From Candidatus Fermentibacterota bacterium (GTDB taxonomy: Bacteria; Fermentibacterota; Fermentibacteria; Fermentibacterales; JCC-6), in NCBI GenBank assembly GCA_963845085.1, contig CAWJQI010000004.1, positions 672,001 through 736,000 of the forward strand: 64,000 nucleotides of DNA, written 5' to 3'. Below, piece by piece: positions 1 to 8,768 of this stretch. The notes under the pieces were generated by a model that had not been told where the DNA came from, made no database searches, and saw only the letters and a list, made by a program, of their open reading frames with translations. The first letter of the stretch is position 1. Each line of letters begins with the position of its first letter. Position numbers and translations under genes: made by a program.

Positions 1-697
1 GTACATGTGCCTGTAGTCGGCCTCGGTCTTCGCCACCACCACGCCGCCGACCACATCAGCGTGCCCGTTGATGAACTTGGTCACGGAGTGAAGTACAACG
101 TCCGCTCCAAGTTCAAGGGGCCTTTGCAGATAGGGCGAACAGAAGGTGTTGTCGACAACAAGCCTGATGCCGTGCCTGTGGGCAAGCCCGGCGCATGCGG
201 CGATGTCGGTGATCGAGATGGTCGGATTTGCCGGTGTCTCCACGAAAAGAAGCTTCGTGTTCGGACGGATCGCTTCTTCGACAAGCTCTATCCGGCTGGT
301 GTCGACGAAACGTGGCCTCTACTCCGAATCTCGAAAAGTGTTTCTCGAGAACGCCTCGCGATGCGCCGTATACCGCGTCGGTGGAAACGATGTGACTGCC
401 GGCGCCGAGGAATGACATGTAGACGGTTGTGACTGCAGCCATGCCGCTCGCGACGGCTATTCCCCCGAACCCGCCCTCGAGGGCCGACACGGCGTCTTCC
501 AGCACCCGGATCGTGGGATTTCCCAACCGTGTGTAGATGAAGCCGTCACTTTCCCCGGCAAAACAATCCGCTCCATCCTGGGCATTCCTGAAGGCAAAGG
601 TCGAGGTTTGATATATGGGTGGGTTTACGGACATCAGGGAATCAGGCTTCTGCCCGCCGTGAACGAGTATGGTGTCGAATGCGGAGTGCTTATTCAT
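1..697 (-). CDS. PLP-dependent trans-sulfuration enzyme, methionine gamma-lyase-like; one frameshift near 308-310; 3' end lies outside the window
   Basis: PPIYQTSTF and YTRLGNPT motifs. Removing one base near 309 gives ...[31 protein letters not shown]...VVDNTF...[20 protein letters not shown], which includes the PLP lysine. RBS AAGGAG precedes ATG 697. Confidence 0.85.
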
Positions 698-949
698 CTC
701 ATCCTTCTCCTTGGTCGCGGATCCATCATGAAGTAAAATGTTCTGCGAAATGCGGCGTCCGGTATTCACGGACCCCGCCGGTCAGCAAGCGGTTATCACA
801 CGTGCGGAGCAGTGGGCCTTGAGACAGTGCCATCCAGACCCACAGGCAGCAGTGCCGAAAGCAGCCGCACTGCACGCGGTAACATAACACCTGCGGGCCC
901 GGTGCCTTGAACCGCGCCGGATCCTGTCCCGTGGTTCAGGTGGCCGTCG

Positions 950-1780
950 TCAGCCGATTGAGCGATCCCAGGAGACGGGGATCTCGGCGGGGTAGTGCCA
1001 GAGGCCGATCCTGCCCTGATCGGCGACGTACAGGCCGCATTTCCTTCCCTGGCCGTACCCGAGCCATGTATGGAACGGCACCTCGTTCATGCAGTCGCCC
1101 GAGAAAATGGTCTTGGTTTTCTTGTCGGGCTGTGACTCGAGTTCCTGCCGTGCATCGCTGAACCGGCTTTGCGCAGCGAGCTGCAGCTGTTCGGTGTGCA
1201 GCTCGGTGAAGACCACCTGGCGGAAGACCTTTCCAGGGCGGTGCGTGGCGTACCATGCATATTCGATCGGGGTCAGGTTGGACAGCAGAAGGAGCTGGAT
1301 CGGACACATGACGAGATAGAGCCTTCGATCCCGCACGGCAGGCTCAGGGCTGCCGGCTGCGGAAGCAACCTCGGCGGGCGACATCTCCTCGCCGCAACTG
1401 CTTGACTTGAACGCATGGATCTGGCCGCCATTCTCAAGCTCCATCACCTCGCCGCCGGTCTTGACCAGGAATACCCGGCGGTAAGCCTTGATCGGTGTGC
1501 AGGAGAAAGCGTTGTTGGACAGCGCCGTCTTGGTCCGCTTGCCGGTGGAAGCTGCGGCAAGCGCGCTTGCCGTGTCACCGCCTGCATCGCGCCAGCCCCC
1601 TTCGTCAAGATACTCGAAGTCGGGCCGGCCATCTTTTATGGCAAGGTCCACGAACAGTTTGCGACCCTTGAAGTGCTTGCCTGAACCTGGGCTTGTATGC
1701 CTGGCAAGACCAGAGATTCCGATCGAGGTCGCTGTGATCGCACCCTGTGGGATGGACAGAACGAGGTTGATTTCAGGCAT
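950..1780 (-). CDS. Hypothetical protein with an internal two-domain duplication
   Basis: 276-aa ORF with AAGGAG RBS. The halves echo each other (GKHFKGRKLFVDL/GKVFRQVVFTEL; GKRTKTAL/DKKTKTIF). Confidence 0.75.
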   Translation of the reverse strand: MPEINLVLSIPQGAITATSIGISGLARHTSPGSGKHFKGRKLFVDLAIKDGRPDFEYLDEGGWRDAGGDTASALAAASTGKRTKTALSNNAFSCTPIKAYRRVFLVKTGGEVMELENGGQIHAFKSSSCGEEMSPAEVASAAGSPEPAVRDRRLYLVMCPIQLLLLSNLTPIEYAWYATHRPGKVFRQVVFTELHTEQLQLAAQSRFSDARQELESQPDKKTKTIFSGDCMNEVPFHTWLGYGQGRKCGLYVADQGRIGLWHYPAEIPVSWDRSIG

Positions 1781-2005
1781 CGGACACTCCTTTGCGTTCG
1801 CCGTGTCAGACGGAAGGAACCCTCACTTAAAACCTCTCCGGCGGCACATTCCGGATTCTTTCGCCGCCGGGGCGTTCTGCTGCTCTTCTATCCGAAAATG
1901 AGCATACCGCGTGAGCTTCCACCCGTCAAGGAAACCATGAGTTCAGCAGGAATCCCCGCCCGGTGATCGCCGGAAGAGCCGGATGGTTGCAGCCGGTCTC
2001 GGGCC

Positions 2006-2152
2006 TCAGTCCGCCTGGTCCCCTTCGCCGGCATCGCCGGGAAAAACCTTGTCGAGCACCACGAGAAGGATGAAGAACAGGAACATGAAGAGAAAGAGCG
2101 CCGCCATGCCCTTGCCGGTCACCGCGAGCGCCTCGCTGAAGATTGTCTGCAT
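2006..2152 (-). CDS. OadG/gamma-subunit-like small membrane protein (48 aa; alternative TTG start at 2164)
   Basis: Hand translation MQTIFSEALAVTGKGMAALFLFMFLFFILLVVLDKVFPGDAGEGDQAD. Single TM helix with a GM..F pattern, directly after the oadB-like gene. Confidence 0.75.
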   Translation of the reverse strand: MQTIFSEALAVTGKGMAALFLFMFLFFILLVVLDKVFPGDAGEGDQAD

Positions 2153-2176
2153 CGCCGTGGACAAAAGAGCCCTCCC

Positions 2177-3305
2177 TTACTTGACCAGCGTCAGGATCAG
2201 GCCGCCGGCCAGAACGGAACCGATCTGCCCTGAAACGTTCGCACTGACGGCATACATCAGGAGGAAGTTGGAGGAGTCTTCCTTCCTGCCCATGGTGTGC
2301 ACCACACGCGCCGACATGGGGAAGGCCGAGATGCCTGCCGCCCCGATCATGGGGTTTACCTTCCGCTTTATGAAAAGGTTCATGAACTTGGCGAAGAGTA
2401 CGCCTCCCGCGGTATCGAAGATAAAGGCGCCAGAGGCCCAGCGCGATGATGAACAGGGTGGATACCTGAAGAAAACGGTCCGCGGTCATCGTCGACGCGA
2501 TTGTGATGCCGAGCAGAAGGGTGACAAGGCTTGCCAGCTCGTTCTGGGCCGCAAGCGATAGCTTTTTGAGCACACCGCATTCCCGCACCAGATTGCCGAA
2601 CATCAAAAACCCGATCAGCGCAACTGCAGTGGGTGCGAACATGCCGATCAGGATCGTTACAAGTATCGGAAACAGGATGAGGGTGGTCCGCGAGATCTTC
2701 TTCTGGCTGCCGTCCATTCTGATCAGGCGCTCGCGTCTTGTTGTGAGCATCCTGATCACCGGCGGCTGGATGATGGGAACCAGCGCCATATAGGAGTATG
2801 CTGCAACCGAGATCGGTCCGATCAGGTTCATGGCGAAGCGGCTGGCGACATAGATGGATGTGGGGCCGTCGGCCGAGCCTATTATGCCGATCGCCGCAGC
2901 CTCCCTCAGGTCAAAACCGAGAAGCGTGGCGGCGGTCATGGTGAAAAAGATGCCGAACTGAGCGGCGGCACCGAAAAGCAACAGGAGCGGCCTGCGGAAC
3001 AGCGGGCTGAAATCTATCATGGCGCCGATGGCCACGAAAATCAGAAGCGGGAATATCTCGGTGAGGATGCCGGCCCTGAAGAAGATCGACAGCGCCCCGG
3101 CGATCTGCCTTCCTCCCTCAACCTGGTCGAGAACCGAAGAAAAGGGAATGTTGACCAGGATGGTGCCGAAGCCAATAGGAAGAAGAAGAGCAGGCTCATA
3201 TTCCTTCTTTATTGCAAGATAAATAAGCACACCGCCGATGGCCATCATAAGCAGGTTCTGCCAGGTGATCGCCGTGAATCCTATGAAAAGGCCTTCCATC
3301 TGCAT
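2177..3305 (-). CDS. oadB: Na+-translocating decarboxylase beta subunit; frameshift near 2430
   Basis: YEPALLLPIGFG, GAMIDF, IGIIGSADGPTSIY and YSYMALVPIIQPP. The C-terminus (NPMIGAAGISAFPMSARVV...SANVSGQIGS) is in another frame ending at 2177. Confidence 0.9.
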
Positions 3306-3348
3306 CCCTCACGAGTGTTTCGGTCGTTCCACCTCTGCGGCCGCACGG

Positions 3349-5640
3349 CTACATTATGCTCCACATCACGGTAAGGCCGGCAAGCACCACTGATACCATT
3401 GACATGAGTTTGATCAGGATGTTCAGCGCCGGGCCCGAAGTATCCTTGAAGGGGTCCCCTACCGTATCCCCGACGATGCCCGCCTTGTGGGCGTCGCTCC
3501 CCTTGCCGCCGAAATTGCCCTTCTCGATGAACTTCTTGGCATTGTCCCACGCGCCGCCGGCGTTGTTGAGCATGCTTGCCAGGGTGAACCCGGCTGTCAT
3601 CCCGCCAACGAGAAGACCCACCACGCCGGGAACCCCGAGCACGAGCCCCACGGCCAGCGGTACTGCGATGGCGAGCAGGGAGGGCAGCAGCATCTCGCGC
3701 TGCGCGCCTTTGGTCGATATTGCGACGCACTTCGCATACTCGGGTTTTCCAGTGCCCTCCATGATCCCCGGGATCTCACGGAACTGGCGCCTGACCTCGT
3801 CAACCATGCTTCCGGCAGCCCGGCCGACAGCCTTCATGGAGAGGGCGCTGAAGAGGAACGCCATCATCGCGCCGATGAAAAGGCCGCCAAGGAGCAGCGG
3901 GTTGAAAACCGAAAGATCATATGCGTTGATGAAATCCTTGATGTGGGCGACATCAACGCTGACGGCGGACATGCCGTCGGGAACCGACAGGGGTACGGTG
4001 CCCCTGTAGAAGAGGACATCTCCGATCTGCTTGAACCCTTCGGCGGAGTTGTCGGCGATTCGACCCAGCCACAGCTTAACCTCTTCGATGTAGGCCGCCA
4101 CAAGGGCCATCGCCGTAAGTGCTGCCGAGCCGATAGCGAAACCCTTGCCGGTCGCGGCCGTGGTGTTTCCCAGGCAGTCGAGCGCGTCGGTTCTCTCCCT
4201 GACCTCCTTGGGAAGGTGCGACATCTCGGCATTGCCGCCTGCGTTGTCTGCGATCGGGCCGAACGCATCTGTTGCAAGGGTGATGCCCAGGGTGGACAGC
4301 ATGCCCACCGCGGCAAAACCGATGCCGTAGACGCCTGAGGCAAAGCTCTCGAAACCGCCCGCAAAAGCGTACGCTGCTATGATCGCCGCCGATATCGTGA
4401 GCACGGGCACCCATGACGAAAGCATGCCGACCGCCATCCCCTCGATAATCGTCGTTGCGGGCCCCTGGTTGGTCTGCCGTGCAATTCCCCTGGTCGGAGA
4501 GTACTCATCCGACGTGAAGTATTCGGTCGACTGCCCGATGATCACGCCGGCTGCCAGGCCGGCGACGACTGCGCCGAAGACCCCCCATGTTATCCAACCG
4601 GAAGAGGCCATCACGGCAAGCGCGACAAGAATCAGCGCCGAACTGCCCCCGGTGCCGAGCAGAAGCGCCCGGAGCAGGTTTTTCTGCGTTGCGGACTCCT
4701 TGGTGCGCACCATGTACACACCCGCGATCGAAAGAAGTATCCCTATCGCGGCCACTATCATCGGGGCGATGACGGCCTTCATCTGATCCGCGGCAGAGAT
4801 GGCGGGCAGGGCGGCGCCGAGCGCGGCTGTGGCGAGTATAGACCCCGCGTAGGATTCGTACAGGTCAGCGCCCATCCCTGCAACGTCACCGACGTTGTCA
4901 CCGACGTTGTCGGCGATCGTCGCCGGATTCCGGGGATCATCCTCGGGGATGCCCGCCTCGACCTTGCCCACGAGGTCCGCGCCCACATCGGCGGCCTTCG
5001 TGAATATGCCGCCGCCCACTCTGGCAAAAAGCGCCTGCGTGGAGGCGCCCATGCCGAACGTGAGCATCGTGGCCGTTATTTCGATCATCTTCTGATGGTC
5101 GTCGGTACCCGCCTGGACAAAGGTGAGACCAAGCCACTTGAGCCCGCCGGCCATGTGCTCGGGCGTGAAGATCACGTTGTTGAGAAGGAGGAACCAGATC
5201 GCGATGTCGAGCAGCCCGAATCCCACCACAACGAGCCCCATGACGGCCCCGCTGCGGAATGCGATCTGCAGCCCCCTGTTGAGTGAGACCGATGCGCCCT
5301 GGGCGGTTCTCGAAGAGGCGTTCGTGGCCGTCTTCATCCCCAGGTACCCGCAAAGGCCCGAGAAAAAGCCTCCGGTGAGGAACGCTATCGGGACGAACGG
5401 GTTTTGAACCCCAATGTAGGCCAGTATCGCAAGCAGTACAACAAGGATTATGAAGACCCTTCCGACGACCCTGAACTGGCTTCCGAGGTAGGCCATCGCT
5501 CCTTCCCGCACGTATTGCGCTATCTCCTGCATCCTGGCGTTGCCGGCAGGTGCTTTCATCATGCCCCGGTAGAAGATCCATGCGAAAACCAGGGCGAGCA
5601 ATGCCGATATGGGAGCGATCCAGAACAAAGTGCTGATCAT
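3349..5640 (-). CDS. hppA: Membrane-integral K+-dependent Na+(/H+)-translocating pyrophosphatase
   Basis: DVGADLVGKVE, DNVGDNVGD, GNTTAATGKGFAIGS and GDTVGDPFKDTSGP motifs; many TM segments. Confidence 0.97.
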   Translation of the reverse strand: MISTLFWIAPISALLALVFAWIFYRGMMKAPAGNARMQEIAQYVREGAMAYLGSQFRVVGRVFIILVVLLAILAYIGVQNPFVPIAFLTGGFFSGLCGYLGMKTATNASSRTAQGASVSLNRGLQIAFRSGAVMGLVVVGFGLLDIAIWFLLLNNVIFTPEHMAGGLKWLGLTFVQAGTDDHQKMIEITATMLTFGMGASTQALFARVGGGIFTKAADVGADLVGKVEAGIPEDDPRNPATIADNVGDNVGDVAGMGADLYESYAGSILATAALGAALPAISAADQMKAVIAPMIVAAIGILLSIAGVYMVRTKESATQKNLLRALLLGTGGSSALILVALAVMASSGWITWGVFGAVVAGLAAGVIIGQSTEYFTSDEYSPTRGIARQTNQGPATTIIEGMAVGMLSSWVPVLTISAAIIAAYAFAGGFESFASGVYGIGFAAVGMLSTLGITLATDAFGPIADNAGGNAEMSHLPKEVRERTDALDCLGNTTAATGKGFAIGSAALTAMALVAAYIEEVKLWLGRIADNSAEGFKQIGDVLFYRGTVPLSVPDGMSAVSVDVAHIKDFINAYDLSVFNPLLLGGLFIGAMMAFLFSALSMKAVGRAAGSMVDEVRRQFREIPGIMEGTGKPEYAKCVAISTKGAQREMLLPSLLAIAVPLAVGLVLGVPGVVGLLVGGMTAGFTLASMLNNAGGAWDNAKKFIEKGNFGGKGSDAHKAGIVGDTVGDPFKDTSGPALNILIKLMSMVSVVLAGLTVMWSIM

Positions 5641-5852
5641 AGTACTGCTTTCATTCGTTGGATGACCATCATCGATGCATAGATCCAACAGGAAACCGGT
5701 TTTTCACCGTTCCGTCAACGGCTCAAACTGAGCAGCGCGTGCAGAGAAAAAATGCAACCCTGAGATGGATGCAACAATACCCACCCGTGTCCGTTCGCGT
5801 CAATGAAAAAAAGGGGTCGAACACCCGGAGAACTGGCTGATCCCGGCGAGTG

Positions 5853-6605
5853 CTACCCGTTCCCCGGTTCTTTCCCGGAACGATCCTCGACTATCACGAA
5901 CCTTCGGCCGCCGATGCTGAAAAAGGGCGGTGGAAAGGGAGGAAACGACAACGCCCTCACGCTGTTACGGAGCGAGTCGGGAGCCTCCACTTCGTGGGAG
6001 ATCTCCCTCCTGAAATGAGTTTCGGCGTTACTGCCGTCCTGGGGACGGGTTTTTGAAAGGGCTGCACCGCTTGCAAGCATGCCGAAGCAGCTCTTGAACA
6101 GCTCGAAGCCTTCAGCCACCATCCGATCGTACAGGTCGCGCCCCGTGTATTCCGGGCACAGTGGAAATGATGTCCGGGCGAGAAGGGGACCCGAATCGAT
6201 CCCCGCGTCCACCCTGTGGATGGCCACGGAGTATGAGGCGTCACCGTTCCGAAGCGCCCAGATGTTCGGATAGGCGCCCCTGTATCTTTCCGGATCTCCC
6301 AGGTGCACGTTCCAGCACCCAAGGCCTGGCGGTCCGAAGATGGCTGCAGGAAGAATGCGGTCGTAAAAAGCAACGAGAACGAGATCGGGTGAGAGCCCGA
6401 CAACGTCCTCCTCTTTTATCTCCCGGATCCGGAGTTCTCGGGGAGAGCGGTACCATGAGCCTGTGTGTTCACCCGGATTGACTACGAACAGGGCGTTCGG
6501 CGCTTTTTCAAGAAGGAATCCGGCGATCAGATACCCGAGATCGCGGCCGCAGAAACACACGATCACAGGTTCATCCCGCCCTGCGGAGGAAAGCGGAAGG
6601 TTCAT
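5853..6605 (-). CDS. Formyltransferase (N10-formyl-THF dependent, sugar N-formyltransferase-like)
   Basis: NVHLGDPERYRGAYP and IHRVDAGIDSGP motifs; follows an aminotransferase gene. Confidence 0.85.
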   Translation of the reverse strand: MNLPLSSAGRDEPVIVCFCGRDLGYLIAGFLLEKAPNALFVVNPGEHTGSWYRSPRELRIREIKEEDVVGLSPDLVLVAFYDRILPAAIFGPPGLGCWNVHLGDPERYRGAYPNIWALRNGDASYSVAIHRVDAGIDSGPLLARTSFPLCPEYTGRDLYDRMVAEGFELFKSCFGMLASGAALSKTRPQDGSNAETHFRREISHEVEAPDSLRNSVRALSFPPFPPPFFSIGGRRFVIVEDRSGKEPGNG

Positions 6606-6609
6606 CCCG

Positions 6610-7743
6610 TCACGCTTTCCCGTAGAATTTGCGGATGCAGTCAACGACCCGCCAGACATCGGGATCGGTCAGATCGGGGTAAAGGGGGAGCGTGAGGATG
6701 CTCTCGAACGCCCTTTCCGCAACCGGAAGAGGTTCCTGACTTCCGTAGCACCTGTAGAGATGCAGCGGTTTGTAGTGAACGCTCGTCGAAATTCCCCTAT
6801 CGCCGAGGTAAACGTTCAGATCGTCACGCCTTTCCGCACGGATTGAGAAGATGTGCCAGGAGGACAGGCAATCCGGGGTGTCCACGGGCGGCATCACCAC
6901 CTCATCGAGGTCGGCCAGGCCTTCCCTGTACATCCCGGTGATCAAGCGCCTTCTTGCATTCGCCCCTTCAAGCTTTTCAAGCTGAACAAGGCCGATGGCT
7001 GCGTGAATGTCGTCGAGAGAGGTCTTGAACGCCACCTCATCGATGCTGTACTCCCACCAGTAGGCGCGGTCAAGCTTCGAGCGGTCCCAGGTGGACCTGT
7101 CCATCCCGAGGCTTCTCTTCCGCCTGGCCCTTTCGGCCATTTCACCGTCGTTCAGCGTCAGAGCCCCTCCCTCGCCCATTGCAAGGTTTTTAACGGCGTG
7201 GAAACTGAAACATCCCATGGTGCAAAGACCGCCCACCGGCCGCCCGCAGTATCGGGCTCCCGCTGCATGCGCGCAGTCCTCGACAACGGGGATGCCGCCG
7301 GCGGCCTCCCTCACAAGGTCGAGATGTGCCGGACGGCCGGCGAAATGAACAGGGATGACGGCTTTCGTCCTGTTCGTGATCCTCTTCCTCATGTCATCGA
7401 TATCGATGTTCAGCGTTCCGGGATCAACATCGGCGAACACCGGCCTGGCCTTGTTGAAAGCCACACAGTGCGCCGTCGACACGTAAGTCATCGTGGGGAC
7501 GATTACCTCGTCGCCCTCTTTGATTTCGAGAAGCTTCACGGCCATGTCGAGGGCTGCAGTTCCGGAATTGAGCCCAATGCAGTGTTCGACCATGCAGTAC
7601 CGTGCGAAGGCTTCCTCGAATTCGGCCACCCGCGGGCCGAGCCCGACCCAGCCCGATCCGATGACCGCGGCGACCGCATCGATCTCCCTCTGGTCGAACG
7701 ACGGTTTGAAGACCTGTATCGCTGCTTCCTCCCGAAGGTTCAC
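6610..7743 (-). CDS. DegT/DnrJ/EryC1/StrS family sugar aminotransferase
   Basis: NSGTAAL, EDCAHAAG and FSFHAVKNLAMGEGG motifs. The GTG start overlaps the upstream stop (GTGA). Confidence 0.95.
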   Translation of the reverse strand: MNLREEAAIQVFKPSFDQREIDAVAAVIGSGWVGLGPRVAEFEEAFARYCMVEHCIGLNSGTAALDMAVKLLEIKEGDEVIVPTMTYVSTAHCVAFNKARPVFADVDPGTLNIDIDDMRKRITNRTKAVIPVHFAGRPAHLDLVREAAGGIPVVEDCAHAAGARYCGRPVGGLCTMGCFSFHAVKNLAMGEGGALTLNDGEMAERARRKRSLGMDRSTWDRSKLDRAYWWEYSIDEVAFKTSLDDIHAAIGLVQLEKLEGANARRRLITGMYREGLADLDEVVMPPVDTPDCLSSWHIFSIRAERRDDLNVYLGDRGISTSVHYKPLHLYRCYGSQEPLPVAERAFESILTLPLYPDLTDPDVWRVVDCIRKFYGKA

Positions 7744-8741
7744 AATGCCTCCCCGCATTCGCCTGAATGTCTCTTTACAGGCTTCGCCACGCCGGAGAAG
7801 CCTTCGAGGCAACCCCCGGGGAACCCCTCGCCGGGACGCGGTTCCCGCCACAGGGCTGAGAACGCGCTGCGAATTGAGCGCGGCCCATCATCGCCCCCCC
7901 GCTCTCCGGGGGTCAGCTTTGTTCCAAGCAGGCGAATGGCAAGCAGGCCCGACATCAGAACGCGAAAAGCCGGCACAGAAAGAAAGCCGCCGTATTTTCG
8001 CAAAAAAAGCAGTTTGGCGGGGATGTACCTCACCTGTATCGAACCCTCGTAAACCCTGCGGGAGGTTTTGCCGCAGAAGTGCACCACTTCCGCGGAGGGT
8101 TCGAACCATACCTTCCAGCCAAGGCGGGCCATCCTGAACATCAGGTCGGTCTCCTCGTGAAAAAAACCGAAATCCCTCGAGAACCCTCCGGACTCCTTGA
8201 AGGCTTCAACCCTAACGACCATAACGGCCCCCACAAGCCAGTCCGCGTATGTTCCCCGGTCGTGGCGGGAGCATATTGCGCTGCTGCGCCTGAGCAGGGG
8301 AATGCGTTCGGCAAGGAGCTTTCCGGGGAATGGGAAGTCCCTCTGAGAGGGCTGAAGGCGGCCGTCGGGCCAGAGCAGCCTGGGGCCTGCGATACCGACG
8401 TCGGGTTTCGATTCTATGCTCGCGAGAAGGCACTCGAGCGCTCCGGGTCGAAACACTGTATCGGTGTTGACGAGCACGACGAACGGTTCCACCGCCGAAC
8501 CGATTATGATGTCGGCCGCAGCTCCGAAACCCGCGTTCGCACCGTTCCTGACAAGGGAAATGTCTTTCGTTCGCGCCGCATACTTCTCAACGTACTCGGC
8601 TGATCCGTCGTGCGAGTCGTTGTCGAACACGATCATTCGGCAGGAGGTCTCAGTTACCTGGGGCGCGAGTGAGTCGAGCATGCCCGGGATGACTTCCATC
8701 CCGTTCCAGTTGATCGCGGCAACCAGCGCACGGTGGGTCAT
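7740..8741 (-). CDS. Glycosyltransferase family 2
   Basis: FDNDSHDGS, NAGFGAA, LVNTDT, GAVMVVR and EETDL motifs. Confidence 0.92.
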   Translation of the reverse strand: MTHRALVAAINWNGMEVIPGMLDSLAPQVTETSCRMIVFDNDSHDGSAEYVEKYAARTKDISLVRNGANAGFGAAADIIIGSAVEPFVVLVNTDTVFRPGALECLLASIESKPDVGIAGPRLLWPDGRLQPSQRDFPFPGKLLAERIPLLRRSSAICSRHDRGTYADWLVGAVMVVRVEAFKESGGFSRDFGFFHEETDLMFRMARLGWKVWFEPSAEVVHFCGKTSRRVYEGSIQVRYIPAKLLFLRKYGGFLSVPAFRVLMSGLLAIRLLGTKLTPGERGGDDGPRSIRSAFSALWREPRPGEGFPGGCLEGFSGVAKPVKRHSGECGEAL

Positions 8742-8768
8742 CTTGCAGCGCCGCCGGCTCGAATGATG

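Noticed and set aside
1926..2430. Arg/His-rich C-terminal tail of the 459-aa oadB ORF
   Set aside because: It is an artefact of the frameshift. The true C-terminus and the oadG-like gene lie in other frames.
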